Below are positions 39,801 through 52,700 of a stretch of 64,000 bases of DNA, piece after piece. Position numbers and translations under genes: made by a program. Under the pieces are notes generated by a model. It ran no database searches and was not told the origin of the DNA. It saw only the letters and a list, made by a program, of their open reading frames with translations. This stretch comes from the human T2T-CHM13v2.0 reference genome, Homo sapiens. Each line of letters begins with the position of its first letter. Position 1 is the stretch's first letter. The stretch lies in assembly GCF_009914755.1 (NCBI RefSeq), contig NC_060935.1, one strand, 5' to 3'.

Positions 39801-42800
39801 CAAAGTTTCAACTCTGTGAGATGAATGCACACACCACAAAGAAGTTTCTCAGAATTCTTCTGTGTAATTTTACGTGAAAATATTTCCTTTTCCACAATAG
39901 GCATCAAATGTCTCCAAATATCCACTTGCATATTCTGCAAAAAGAGCTTTTCAAAACTGCTCAATCAAAAGAAATGTTTAACTCTTTAAGATGAATGCAC
40001 ACATCACAGAGAGGTTTCTCAGAATGCTCCGGTGTAGTTTTTATTTGGGGATATTTGCTTTTCCTCATTAGGCCTCAAAGCGTTCCAAATATCCACTTGC
40101 AGATTCTACAAAAACAGTATTTCTAAACTGCTCAATCAAAAGAAAACTTCAACTCGGTGAGATGAATGCACACATCACAAAGACGTTTCTCAGAATGCTT
40201 CTGTGTAGTTTTTATGTGAAGATATTTCCTTCTGCAGAATGGACCACAAAACCCTCCAAATATCCACTTGCAGATTCTACAAAAAGAGGGTTTCAAAGCT
40301 GCTCAATCAAAAGAAGGCTTCAAGTCCATGAGATGAACACAAACATCTCAAATAAGTTTCTCAGAATGCTTCTGTGTAGTTTTTATGCGAAGATATTTGC
40401 TTTTCCACTGTAGGTCTCAAAGCACTCTTAATATGCTCTTGCAGATTTTACAAAAACAGTGTTGCAAAACTGCTCAATCAAAAGATAGTTTCAACTCTGT
40501 GAGATGAATGCGCACGTCAAAAAGAAGTTTCTCAGAATGCTGCTGTGTAGCTTTTATGTGAAGAAATTTATTTTCCTCCTTAGGCTCCAAAACGCTCCAA
40601 ATATCCAATGGCAGATTTTACAAAGGAGAGATTCAGAACTGCTCTGTGAGATGAATGCACACATCACAAAGAAGTTTCTCAGAATGCTTCTGTGAATATT
40701 TTATGTGAAGATATTTGATTTTCCACAGTAGGCCCAATATCGCTCCAAATATCCACTTGCAGATTCTACAGAAACAGTGTTCAAAACTGCTCAATCAAAA
40801 GAAAGGAATAACTCTGTGACAGGAATCCACACATCACAAAGAAGTTTCTCAGAATGCTTCTCTGTAGTTTTTATGTGAAGATATTTCCTTTTCCAAAAGA
40901 GGCCTCAAAGCACTCCAAATATCCACTTGCAGATCCTACAAAAAGACTGTTTCAAAACTGTTCAATCATAAGATAGGTTCAACCCTGTGAGATGAATGCA
41001 CACATCACAAAGAAGTTTCCCAGAATGCTTCTGTGTAGTTTTTATTTAAAGATGTTTCCTTTTCCACCATAGGCTTAAAGGGCTCCAAATATCCACTTGC
41101 AGATTCTACAGAAAGAGAGATTCCAACTTGCTCTATCAAAAGATATCTACAACGCTGTGAGTTGAATGCACACATCACAAAGAACTTTCCCACAATGCTT
41201 CTGTGTAGTTTTTATGTGAAGATACTTCCTTTTCAACAATAGGCCTCAAAGCTCTCCAAATATCCACTTGCAGATACTGCAAAAAGAGAGATTCAAAACT
41301 GCACAATGAAAAGAGGTGTTTGACTCTGTGAGTTGAAAGCACACCTCACAAAGGAGTTTCTCAGAATGCTTCTGTGTAGTTTTTATGTGAAGATATTTCC
41401 TTTTACACCATAGGGCTCAAAGGGCTCCAAATATACACTTGTAGATTCTACAAAAAGAGAGATTCAAAACTGCTCAATCAAAAGATAGGTTCAACTCTGT
41501 GAGTTCAATGCACATATCACAGAGAAGTTTCTCATAAAGCTTCTGTGTAGTTTTTATGTGAAGATATTTCTTTTCCACAATAGGCCTCAAATGGCTCCAA
41601 ATATCCATTTACAGATTCTATAAAAAGAGTGTTTCAAAACTGCTCAGTCAAAAGAAAGGTTCAACTCTGTGACAGGAATGCTCACCTCACAAAGAAGTTT
41701 CTCAGAATGCTTCTGTGAAGTTTTTATGTGAAGATATTTGCTTTTCCACAGTATGCCTCAAAGCGCTCCAAATATCCACGTCCAGATTTTACAAAGCAGT
41801 GTTTCAAAACTGCACAATGAAAGGAAAGGGTCACCTCTGTGAGATGAATGCACCCAACAAAAAGAATTTTCTCGGAATGCTTCTGTGTAGTTTTATTTGA
41901 AGATATTTCCTTTTCCACCATAGGCCACAAAGGGCTCCAAATATCAATTTGCAGATTCTACACAAAGAGAGATTCAAAACTGCTCAATCAAAAGATAAGT
42001 TCAACTCCGTGAGTTGAATGCTCACATCACAAAGATGTTTCTCAGAATGCTTCTGTGTAGCTTTTATGTGAAGATATTTCCTTTTTCATAATAGGCCTCA
42101 AATCTCTCAAAGTATCCACTTCCAGATTCTACAAAAAGAGTGTTACAAAACTGCTCAATCAAAAGAAAGTTTCCACTCTGTGTGATGAATCCACTCATCT
42201 CTAAGGAGTTTCTCTCAATGCTTTTGTGTAGTTTTTATTTGAAGATATTTCCTTTTCCACAATAGGGCAAACAGGGCTCCAAATACCCACTTTCAGATCC
42301 TATAAAAAAAGAGATTCAAAATTGCTCAATCAAAAGATAGGTTCAACTCTATGAGTTGAATGCACATATCAAAAAAAGTTTCTCAGAATGCCTCTGTGTA
42401 GTTTTTATGTGAAGATATTTCCTTTTCCACAGTAGGCCTCAAATCGCTCAAAATATCCACTTGCATATTCTACAAAAAGAATGTTTCTAAACTGCTCCAT
42501 TAAAAGAAAGGTTCAACTCAGTGAGATGAATGCACACTTCACAAAGAAGTTTCTCAGAATACTTCTATGTAGTTTTTATTTGAAGACATTTCCTTTTCTA
42601 CAACAGGCCGCAAAGGTCTCCTAGAAAAAGAGAGATTCAAAACTGCTCAATCAAAGGATATGTTCAATTCTGTGAGTTGAATGCACATATCACAAAGAAG
42701 TTTCTAAGAATGCTTCTGTGTAGTTTTTATGTTAAGATATTTCCTTTTCCACAGTAGGCCTCAAATCGCTTCAAATATCCACTTGCATATTCTACAAAAA

Positions 42801-45760
42801 GAGTGTTTCTAAACTGCTTCATCAAAAGAAAGGTTCAACCCAGTGAGATGAATGCACACATCACAAAGATGTTTCTCTTAATGATTCTGTGTAGTTTCTA
42901 TGTGAAGATATTTGCTTTTCCAGAGTAGGCCTCAAAGCGCTCTAAATATCCACTTGCAGATTCTGCAAAAAGAGAGATTCAAAAATGCTCAAACAAAAGA
43001 AACGTTCAAATCTGTGTGATGAATGCACTCATCACAAAGAAGTTTCTCTTAGTGCTTCCGTGTAGTTTTTATTTGAAGATATTTCATTTTACACCATAGG
43101 GCGTAAAGGACTCCAAATATCCAATTGCAGATTCTACAGGAAGAGAGATACAAAACTGCCCAATCAAAAGATAGTTCAACTCTGTGAGTTGAATGCACAC
43201 ATCACAAAAGGTTTCTCAGAATGCTTCTGTATAGTACTTATGTGAAGATATTTCCTCACCCAAAATAGGCCTTAAAGCCCTTCAGATATCCACTTCCAGA
43301 TTCTACAAAAAGAGTGTTTCAAAACTGCTTAAACAAAGAAAGTTTCAGCTCTGTGTGATGAATGCACTCATCACAAAGAAGTTTCTCTGAATGCTTCTGT
43401 GTAGTTTTCATTTGAATATATTTCCTTTTACACTATAGGGCGCAAAGGGCTCCAAATTTCCACTTGCAGGTTCTACAAAAAGAGAGATTCAAAACTGCTC
43501 AATCAAGAGATAGGTTCAACTCTGTGAGTTGAATGCACACATCACAAAGAAGTTTCTCAGCATTCTTCTGTGTAGTTTTCACGTGAAGATATTTCCTTGT
43601 CCCAAATAAGTCTCAAAGCTCTCAAAATATCCACTTGCAGATACTGCAAAAAGAGATATTCAAAACTGCTCCATCAAAAGACAGGTTCGACTCTGTGAGT
43701 TGAATGCACACATCACAAAGAAGTTTCTCAGAATGCTTCTGTGTAGTTTTTATGTGATGATATTTTCTTTTCCACAGTAGGCCTCAAAGCACTCGAAATA
43801 TCCACTTGCAGATTCTACAGAAAGAGAGTTTCAAAACTGCTCTATCAAAAGATAGGTTCAGCTCTGTGAGTTGAATGCACACATCACAAAGAAGTTTCTA
43901 AGAATGCTTCTGTGTGGTTTTTATATGAAGATATTTACTTTTCCAAAATAGGCCTCAAATCCCTCAAAATATCCACTTCCAGATTTTACAAAAAGAGTGT
44001 TTCATTACTGCTTAATCAAAAGAAAGCTTCAACTGTGTGTGATGAATGAACTTATCACAAAGAAGTTTCTCTGTATGTTTCTAGTTTTTAATTGAAGATA
44101 TTTCCTTTTCCACCATAGGGAGCAAAGGGCTCTGAATATCCACTTGCAGATTCTACAAAAAGAGAGATTCAAAACGGCTCAATCAAAAGATAGACTCAAC
44201 TCTGTGAGTTGAATGCACACATCACAAAAGTTTCTCAGAATGCTTCTGTGTAGTTTTTATGTGAAGATATTTCCTTTTCCACAATAGGCCTCAAATCGCT
44301 TCAAATATCTACTTGCAGAGTCTACACAAAGAGTGTTTCAAAACTGCTCTATCAAAAGAAAGGTTCAACAGTGTGAGATGAATGCACACATCACAAAGAA
44401 GATTCTCAGAATCATTCTGTGAATTTTTTATATGAAGATATTTGCTTTTCCACTGTAGACCTCAAAGCGCTCCAAATATCCACTTGCAGATTCTACAAAA
44501 ACTGTTTCAAAACTGCTCAATCAAAAGAAAGGATCAATTCTGTGAGATGAATGCACACATCACAAAGATGTTTCTCATAATGCTTCTGTGTAGTTTCTGT
44601 TTGAAGATATTTCCTTTCCCACCATGGGCAACAAAGGGCTCCAAATATCCACTTGCAGATTCTAAAAAAAGAGAGATTCAAAACTGCTCAATCAAAAAAT
44701 AAGTTCAACTCTGTGAGTTGAATGCCCACATCACAAAGAAGTTTCTCAGAATACTTCTGTGTAGTTTTATTTGAAGATATTTCCTTTTCCACCATAGGGA
44801 GCAAAAGACTCCAAATATCCACTTGCAGATTCAACAAAAAGAGTGATTCAAAACTGCTCAATCAAAATATAGGTTCAACCCTTTGAGGTGAATGCACACA
44901 TCACATAAATTTTCTCAGAATGCTTCTGTGTAGTTTTTACTTGAAGATATTTCCTTTTCCACCATACACCACAAAGGGCTCTAAATATCCAATTGCAGGT
45001 TCTACAAAAAGAGAGATTAAAAACTGCTCAATCAAAAGATAGATAGTTTCAACTCTTGAGTTGAATGCACACATCACAAAGAAGTTTCTCAGAATGCTTC
45101 GGCATAGTTTTCATGTGAGGATATTTGATTTCCACAATAGGCCTCAAAACTCTACAAATACATACTTGCAGATTCTGCAAAAAGAGAGATTGAAAACTGC
45201 TGAATCAAAAGATAGGTTAGACTCTGTGTGTTGAATACACACCTCACAAAGAAGTTTCTCAGAATGCTTCTGTGAACTTTTTATCTGAAAATATTTGCTT
45301 TTCCACAGTAGGCCTCAAAGAGCTCCAAATATTTACTTGCAGATTCTACGAAAAGAGTGTTTCAAAAGTGCTGAATCAAAAGAAAGGTTCAACTCTGTGA
45401 GATGAAAACACATCACAAAGTAGTTTCTCAGAATGCTTCTGTCTAGTTTTTATGTGAAGATATTCCCGTTTCGGACGAAGGCCTCAAAGCAGTCCAAATA
45501 TCCAAATGCAGATTCTACAAAAAGAGTGTTTCAAAACTGCTCAATCATAAGATAGGTTCAACCCTGTCAGATGAATGCACACATCACAAAGCAGTTTCTC
45601 AGAATGTTTCTGTGTAGTTTTTATTTGAAGATATTTCCTTTTCCACCATAAGCCAGAAAGGGCTCCAAATATACACTTGCAGTTTCTTCAAGAGAGAGAT
45701 TCAAAACTGCTCAATCAAACAGTTTGAACTCTGTGAGTTGAATGCAAACATCACAAAGAA
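30801..45760 (-). repeat. Alpha satellite layer D (CTGTGTAG type)
   Basis: Consistent switch to CTGTGTAGTT, GCCACAAAGGGCTCC, AAGAGAGTTTC/AAGAGAGATTC and AAGATAGGTTC. The CAGCTATAGG variant disappears. Confidence 0.92.
45464..45480 (-). other. CENP-B box with intact core
   Basis: Minus strand CTTCGTCCGAAACGGGA versus canonical CTTCGTTGGAAACGGGA: 15/17 identical, with all nine core bases of nTTCGnnnnAnnCGGGn. It lies at the A/B-box position of the monomer. Confidence 0.9.
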
Positions 45761-46780
45761 GTTTCTGAGAATGCTTCTGTCTAGTTTTTATGTGAAGTTA
45801 TTTCCTTTTCCACCTTAGGCTTCAAGGTGCTCCAAATACAACTTGCAGATTTTACAAAAAAGTGTTTCCAAACTTCTCAATCAAAAGAAATGTTCAACTC
45901 TATGAGATTAATGCACACATAACAAAGAAACTTCTCAGAATGCTTCTGACTAGTTTTTATGTGATGATATTTCCTTTTCAGTTATTGGCCTCAAAGCACT
46001 CCAAAAATCAATTTGCAGTTACTACAAAAAGATTGTTTCCAAACTTCTCAATCAAAAGAAAAGTTCAACTCTGAGAGTTGAATGCACACGTCGCAAACAA
46101 GTTCCTGAGAATGCTTCTATCTACTTTCTACGTGAAGATTTTTCCTTTTCCACCATAGGCCTCAAAGCACTGCAATTATCCACTTGTAGATTCTATGAAA
46201 AGAGTTTTTCAAAACTGCTCAATAAAAAGAAAGTTTCAACTCTGTGAGTTGAAAGTACTCATCACAAATAAGTTTCTGCGAATGCTTCTGTCTAGTTTTT
46301 ATGTGAAGATATTTCCTTTTCCTCCATAGGCCTCAAAGCACTTCAAATTTCCACTTACAGATTCTACAAAAAGTGTTTCAAAACTTCTCAATCAAAAGAA
46401 TGGTTCAACTTTGTGAGGTGAATGCACACATCACAAAGAAGTTTCTCAGAATGCTTCTGTCTAGTTATTTTTTGAACATGTTTCCTTTTCAGCTACAGGC
46501 CTCAAAGTGCTGCAAACATTCATTTGCAGTTACTACAAAAAGAATGCTTCCAAAGTGCTCAATCAAAAGAAAAGTTGAACTCTGAGAGTTGAATGCACAC
46601 ATTACAAAGGAGTTTCTGAGAATGGTTCTGTCCAGTTTTTATGTGAATATATTTCCTTTTCCACCACAGGCCTCAAAGCACTCCAAATATCCACTTGCAG
46701 ATTCTACAAAAAGAGTGTTTCAAGACTTCCCAATCAAAAGAAAAGTTCAATTCCATTAGATGAATGCACACATCACAAAG
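45761..46780 (-). repeat. Short alpha satellite island resembling layer A/C (~6 monomers)
   Basis: Return of CTGTCTAG, TTCAGTTATTGG / TTCAGCTACAGG and TTTGCAGTTACTAC. Confidence 0.75.
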
Positions 46781-49700
46781 AAGTTTCTCAGATTGCTTCT
46801 GTCTGGTTTTTACTTGAAGATATTTCTTTTTCCACCATACACAACAAAGCACTCCAAATGTCCACCTGCAGATTCTACAAAAAGAGTGTTTACAAGCGGC
46901 TCAATCAAAAGAAAGGTTCAACTCTGTGAGGTGAATGCACACATTACAAAGAAGTTTCTCAGAATTGTTCTGTCTAGTTTTTATGTGAGGATATTTCCTT
47001 TTCCAACATAGGCCTCAAAGCGATCCAAATGTCCACTTGCACATTCTGCAAAGGAGAGTTTCCAAGCTGATCAATCAAAGGAAAGGTTTAACTCTGTGAG
47101 ATGAATATACACATCTCAAAGAAGTTTCTCAGATTGCTTCTGTCTAGATTTTATGTGAAGATATTTCCTTTTCCAGCATAGGCCGCAAACGGCTCCAAAT
47201 ATGCACTTGCAGATTCTACAAAAAGAGTGTTTGCAAACTGCTGAATGACAAGAAAGATTCAACTCTGTGAGATGAATGCACGAATCACAAAGAAAATTCT
47301 CAGAAATCTTTTGTCTAATTCTTATGTAGATATTTCATTTTCCACTATAGGCCTCGAGGCTCTCAAAATGTCCACTTGCATATCCTACAAAAAAAGAGTT
47401 TCAAAACTGCTCTACCAAAAGAAAGTTTTGACTCTGTGAGATGAATGCACACATCACAAAGAAGTTTCTGAGATTGCTTCTGTCTAGATTTTATGTGAAG
47501 ATATTTCCTTTTCTACCATAGGCCGCAAATCGCTCCAAATGTTCACTTGCAGATTCTACAAAAACAGTGTTTCCATACTGCTGAATCAAAAGAAAGTTCA
47601 ACTCTGTGAGATGAACTCATGCATTACAAAGAAGTTTCTCAGAATTCTTCTGTCTAATTTTTATGTGAAGATATTCCCTTTTCCAACATAGGCCACAAAG
47701 CGCTCCAAATGTCCACTGGCAGATTGTACAAAAGGAGTTTCAAAACTGCTCAATCAAAAGAAGTCTTTAACGCTGTAAAATGAATGTGCATCTCACAAAG
47801 AAGTTTCTCAGATTGCTTCTGTCTAGATTTCATGTGAAGATATTTCCTTTTCTACCATAGGCCGCAAAGTGCTCCAAATGTCTGCTTGCAGATTCTACAA
47901 AAAGAGTGTCTCCAAACTGCTGAATCAAAAGAAAGATTCAACTCTGCCAGATGAACGCATGCATCACAAAGAAGTTTCTCAGAATTCTTCTTCTAGTTTT
48001 TATGTGAAGGTATTTCATTTTCCACCACAGGCCTGAAGGCCCTTGAAATGCCCATTTGCAGATTCTACAAAAAGAGAATTTCAAAACTGGTCCATCAAAA
48101 GAAGGGTTCAACTCTGGGAGATGAATTCACACATCACAAAGCAGTTTTTCAGAATGCTTCTATCTATTTTTTATGTGAAGATATTTCCTTTTCCACCATA
48201 GTCCTCAAAGCACTCCAAATGTCCACTTTCAGATTCTACAAACAGAGAGTTTCAAAACTCCTCAATCAAAAGAAAGGTTTAACTCTGTGAGATGAATGCA
48301 CACATGACAAAGAAGTTTCTGAGATTGCTTCTGTCTAGATTTTATGTGAAAATATTTCCCTTTCTACCATAGGCCACAAAGTGCTCCAAATGTCCACTTG
48401 CAGATTCTACAAAAAGAGTGTTTCCAAACTGTTCAATCAAAAGAAATGTTCAACTCTGTGAGATGAATGCACACATCACAAAGAAGTTTCTCAGAATTCT
48501 TTGGTCTAGTTTTTATGTGAAGATATTTCCTTCTCAAATGTTGGCCACAAAGCAATCCAAATGTCCACTTTCAGATTACACAAAAAGAGTGTTTCCAAAC
48601 TGCTCAATCAAAAGAAAGGTTCAACTCTGTGAGATGAATACACACATCACAAAGAAGTTTCTCAGAATTCTTCTGTCTGGTTTTTATGTGAGGATATTTC
48701 CTTTTCCAAGATAGTCCTCAAAGTGATCCAAATGTCCACTTGCAGATTCTGCAAAGGAGAGTTTCCAAACTGCTCAATAAAGGAAAGTTTTAACTCTGTG
48801 AGATGAATGCACACATCACAAAGAAGTTTCTCAGATTGTTTCTGTCTAGATTTTATGTGAAGATATTTCCTTTTCTACCGTAGACCGCAAACCACTCCAA
48901 ATGTCCACTTGCAGATTCTATAAAAAGAGTGTTTCCAAACTGCCAAATGAAAAGAAAGATTCAACTCTGTGAGATGAACACACGCATCACAAAGCAGTTT
49001 TTCAGAATGCTTCTATCTAGTTTTTATGTGAAGATATTTCCTTTTCCACCCTAGGCCTCAAAGCACTCCAAATGTCCAGTTGCAGATTCTACAAACAGAG
49101 AGTGTCAAAACTGTTCAATCAAAAGAAAGGTTTAACTCTGTGAGATGAATGCACACATGACAAAGAAGTTTCTGAGATTGCTTCTGTCTAGATTTTATGT
49201 GAAGATATTTCCTTTTCTACCGTAGGCCGCAAACCAGTCCAAATGTCCACTTGCAGATTCTATAAAAAGAGTGTTTCCAAACTGCCAAATGAAAAGAAAG
49301 ATTCAACTCTGTGAGATGAACACACGCATCACAAAGCAGTTTTTCAGAATGCTTCTATCTAGTTTTTATGTGAAGATATTTCCTTTTCCACCCTAGGCCT
49401 CAAAGCACTCCAAATGTCCACTTGCAGATCCTACAAACAGAGAGTGTCAAAACTGCTCAATCAAAAGAAAGGTTTAACTCTATGAGATGAATGCACACAT
49501 GACAAAGAAGTTTCTGAGATTGCTTCTGTCTAGATTTTATGTGAAGATATTTCCTTTTCTACCATAGGCCGCTAAGTGCTCCAAATGTCCACTTGCAGGT
49601 TCTACAAAAAGAGTGTTTCCAAACTGTTCAGTCAAAGAAATGTTCAACTCTGTGAGATGAACGCACACATCACAAAGAAGTTTCTCAGAATTCTTCGTTC

Positions 49701-52700
49701 TAGTTTCAATGTGAAGATATTTCATTTTCAAATGTTGGCCACAAAGCAATCCAAATGTCCACTTGCAGATTCTACAAAAAGAGTGTTTCCAAACTGCTCA
49801 ATTCAAAGAAAGGTTCAACTCTGTGAGATGAATGCACACATCACAGGGAAGTTTCTCAGAATTCTTCTGTCTGTTTTTTATGTGAAGATATTTCATTTTA
49901 CACCTTAGGCCTCAAGGCTCTCAAAATGTCCACTTGCAGATTCTACAAAAAGAGTATTTAAAAACTAGTCCATCAAAAGAAACGTTCAACTCTGCGAGAT
50001 GAATGCACACATCAAAAAGAAGTTTCTCCCAATGTTTCTATCTGGTTTTTATGTGAAGATATTTCCTTTTTCCACCATAGGCCTCAAAGCACTCCAGGTG
50101 TCCAATTGCAGATTCTACAAAAAGAGAGTTTCAAAACTGCTCAATCAAAAGAAATGTTTAACACTGTGAAATGAATGCACACATCAAAAAGAAGTTTCTC
50201 AGATTGCTTCTGTCTTGATTTTATGTGAAGATATTATTTCCTTTTCTACCATAGGCTGCAAAGCGCTCCAAATGTCCAGTAGCAGATTCTCCAAAAAGAG
50301 TGTTTCCAAACGGCTCAATCAAAAGAAAGGCTCAATTCTGTGAGAGAACGCACGCATCACAGAGGAGTTTCTCAGAATTATTCTGTCTAGTTTTTATGTG
50401 AAGATATTTCCTTTTCCACCATTGGCCTCAAAGTGCTCCAAATGTCCACTTGCATATTTTATAAAAAGAGAGTTTCAAAACTCCTCAATTAAAAGAAAGG
50501 TTTAACTCTGTGAGATGAATGCACACATCTCAAAGAAGTTTCCCAGATTACTTCTGTCTACATTTTATGTGAAGATATTTCCTTTTCACCCACAGGCTGC
50601 AAAGCACGCCAAATGTTCACTTGCAGATTCTAAAAAAAGAGAGTTTCCAAACTGCTCAAGTGAAAGAAAGGTTCATCTCCATGAGATGAATGCACACATC
50701 ACATAGAAGTTTCTCAGAATTCTTCTGTCTAGTTTTTTTGGGAATATATTTCCTTTTCCACCGTAAGCCTAAAAGGGCTCCAAATGTCCACTTGCAGATT
50801 CTACAAAAAGAGATTTTCAAAACTGTTCAATCAAGAGAAAGTTTTAACTCTGCGAGATGAATGCACACATCACAAAGAAGTTTCTCCGATTGCTGCTGTC
50901 TAGATTTTATGTGAATATATTTCCTTTTCTACCATAGGCTGCAAAGCGCTATAAAATGTCCACTTCCAGGTTCTACAAAAAGGGTGTTTCCAAACTCCTC
51001 TATCAAAACAAATGTTCAACTCCGTGATATGAACACACACATCACAAAGAAGTTTCTTAAAATTCTTCTGTCTAGTTTTTATGTGAAGATATTTCCTTTT
51101 CCACCATAAGCCTCAAAGCCCTCCAAATGTCCACTTGCAGATTCTGCAAAAAGAGAGTTTCAAAACTGCTCAATAAAAAGAAAGGTTTACCTCTGTGAGA
51201 TGAATCCACAGATTACAAAGAAGTTTCTCAGATTGTTTCTGTCTACATTTTATGTTTAGATATTTCATTTTGCCCCATAGTCCACCAAGCGCTCCAAATG
51301 TCCAATTGCAGATTCTACAAAAAGAGTGTTTCCAAACTGCTCAATCAAAAGAAAGGTTCAACTCTGTGAGATGAGAGCATACATCACAAAGAAGTTTCTC
51401 AGAATTCTCTATCTAGTTTTTATGTGAAGATATTTCATTTTCCTACTTAGGCCTCAAGGCGCTCGAATGTCCACTTGCATATTCTACAAAAAGACTATTT
51501 CAAAACTGGTCCATCAATAGAAAGCCTCATCTCTAGCAGATGAACGCACGCATCACAAAGAAGTTTCTCAGAATGCTTCCATCTAGTTTTTATGTGAAGA
51601 CATTTCCTTTTCCATCATAGACCTCAAAGCACTCAAAAAGTCCACTTGCAGATTCTACAAAAAGAGAGTTTCAAAACTGCTCAATCAAAGGAAGGGTTTA
51701 ACCCTGTGAGATCAATGCATACATCACAAAGAGGTTTCTCAGATTAGTTCAGTCTAGATTTTATGTGAAGATATTAACTTTTCTACCACAGGCTGCAACA
51801 TGCTGCAAATGTCCACTTGCAGATTCTACAAAAAGAGAGTTTCCAAACTGCTGAATCAAAAGAAAGGTTTAAGTCTTTGAGATGAATGCAGGAATCACAA
51901 AGAAGTTTCTGAGATTGCTTCTCTCCAGATTTTATGTGAAGATATTTCCTTTTCTACGTTGGGCCACAAAGCGCTCCAAATGTCCACTTGCAGATTCTAC
52001 AAAAAGAGTGTTTCCAAACTCCCCAAACAAAAGAAATCTTCAACTCTGTGAGATGAATGCACACATCACAAAGAAGTTGCTCAGAATTCTTTTGTCTAGT
52101 TTTTATGTGAAAGTGTATCATTTTCCACCAAGGCCCCATGGCATCCGAAATCTCCCTTTGCAGATTCTACAAAAAAGAGTATTTCAAAACTGATCCATCA
52201 AAAGAAAGTTCCAACCCTGTGAGATAAATGCACACATCACAAAGAAGTTTCTCACAATTCTTCTGTCTAGTTTTTATGAGAAGATATTTCCTTTTGCACA
52301 ATAGGCCTCAAAGTGCTCCAAATGTCCACTTGCAGATGCTGCAAAAAGACAGTTTCAAAACTGCACAGTTAAAAGAAAGGTTTAACTCTGTGAGATGAAT
52401 GCACACATCACAAGAAGTTTTCTCAGAATGCTTCTGTGTAGACTTTATGTGAAGATATTTCCTTTTCTGCCTTAGGCCACTAAGCACTGCAAATGTCCAC
52501 TTGCAGACTATACAAAAAGAGTGTTTCCAAACTGCTAAAAGAAAAGAAAGGTTCCAAACTGTGAGATGAACGCACACATCACAAAGAAGTTGCACAGAAT
52601 TCTTCTCTCTAGTTTTTATGTGAAAATATTTCATTTTCCAAAAAAGGTCACAGAGCACTCGAAATGTTCCCTTGCAGATTCTACAAAAAAAGTATTTCAA

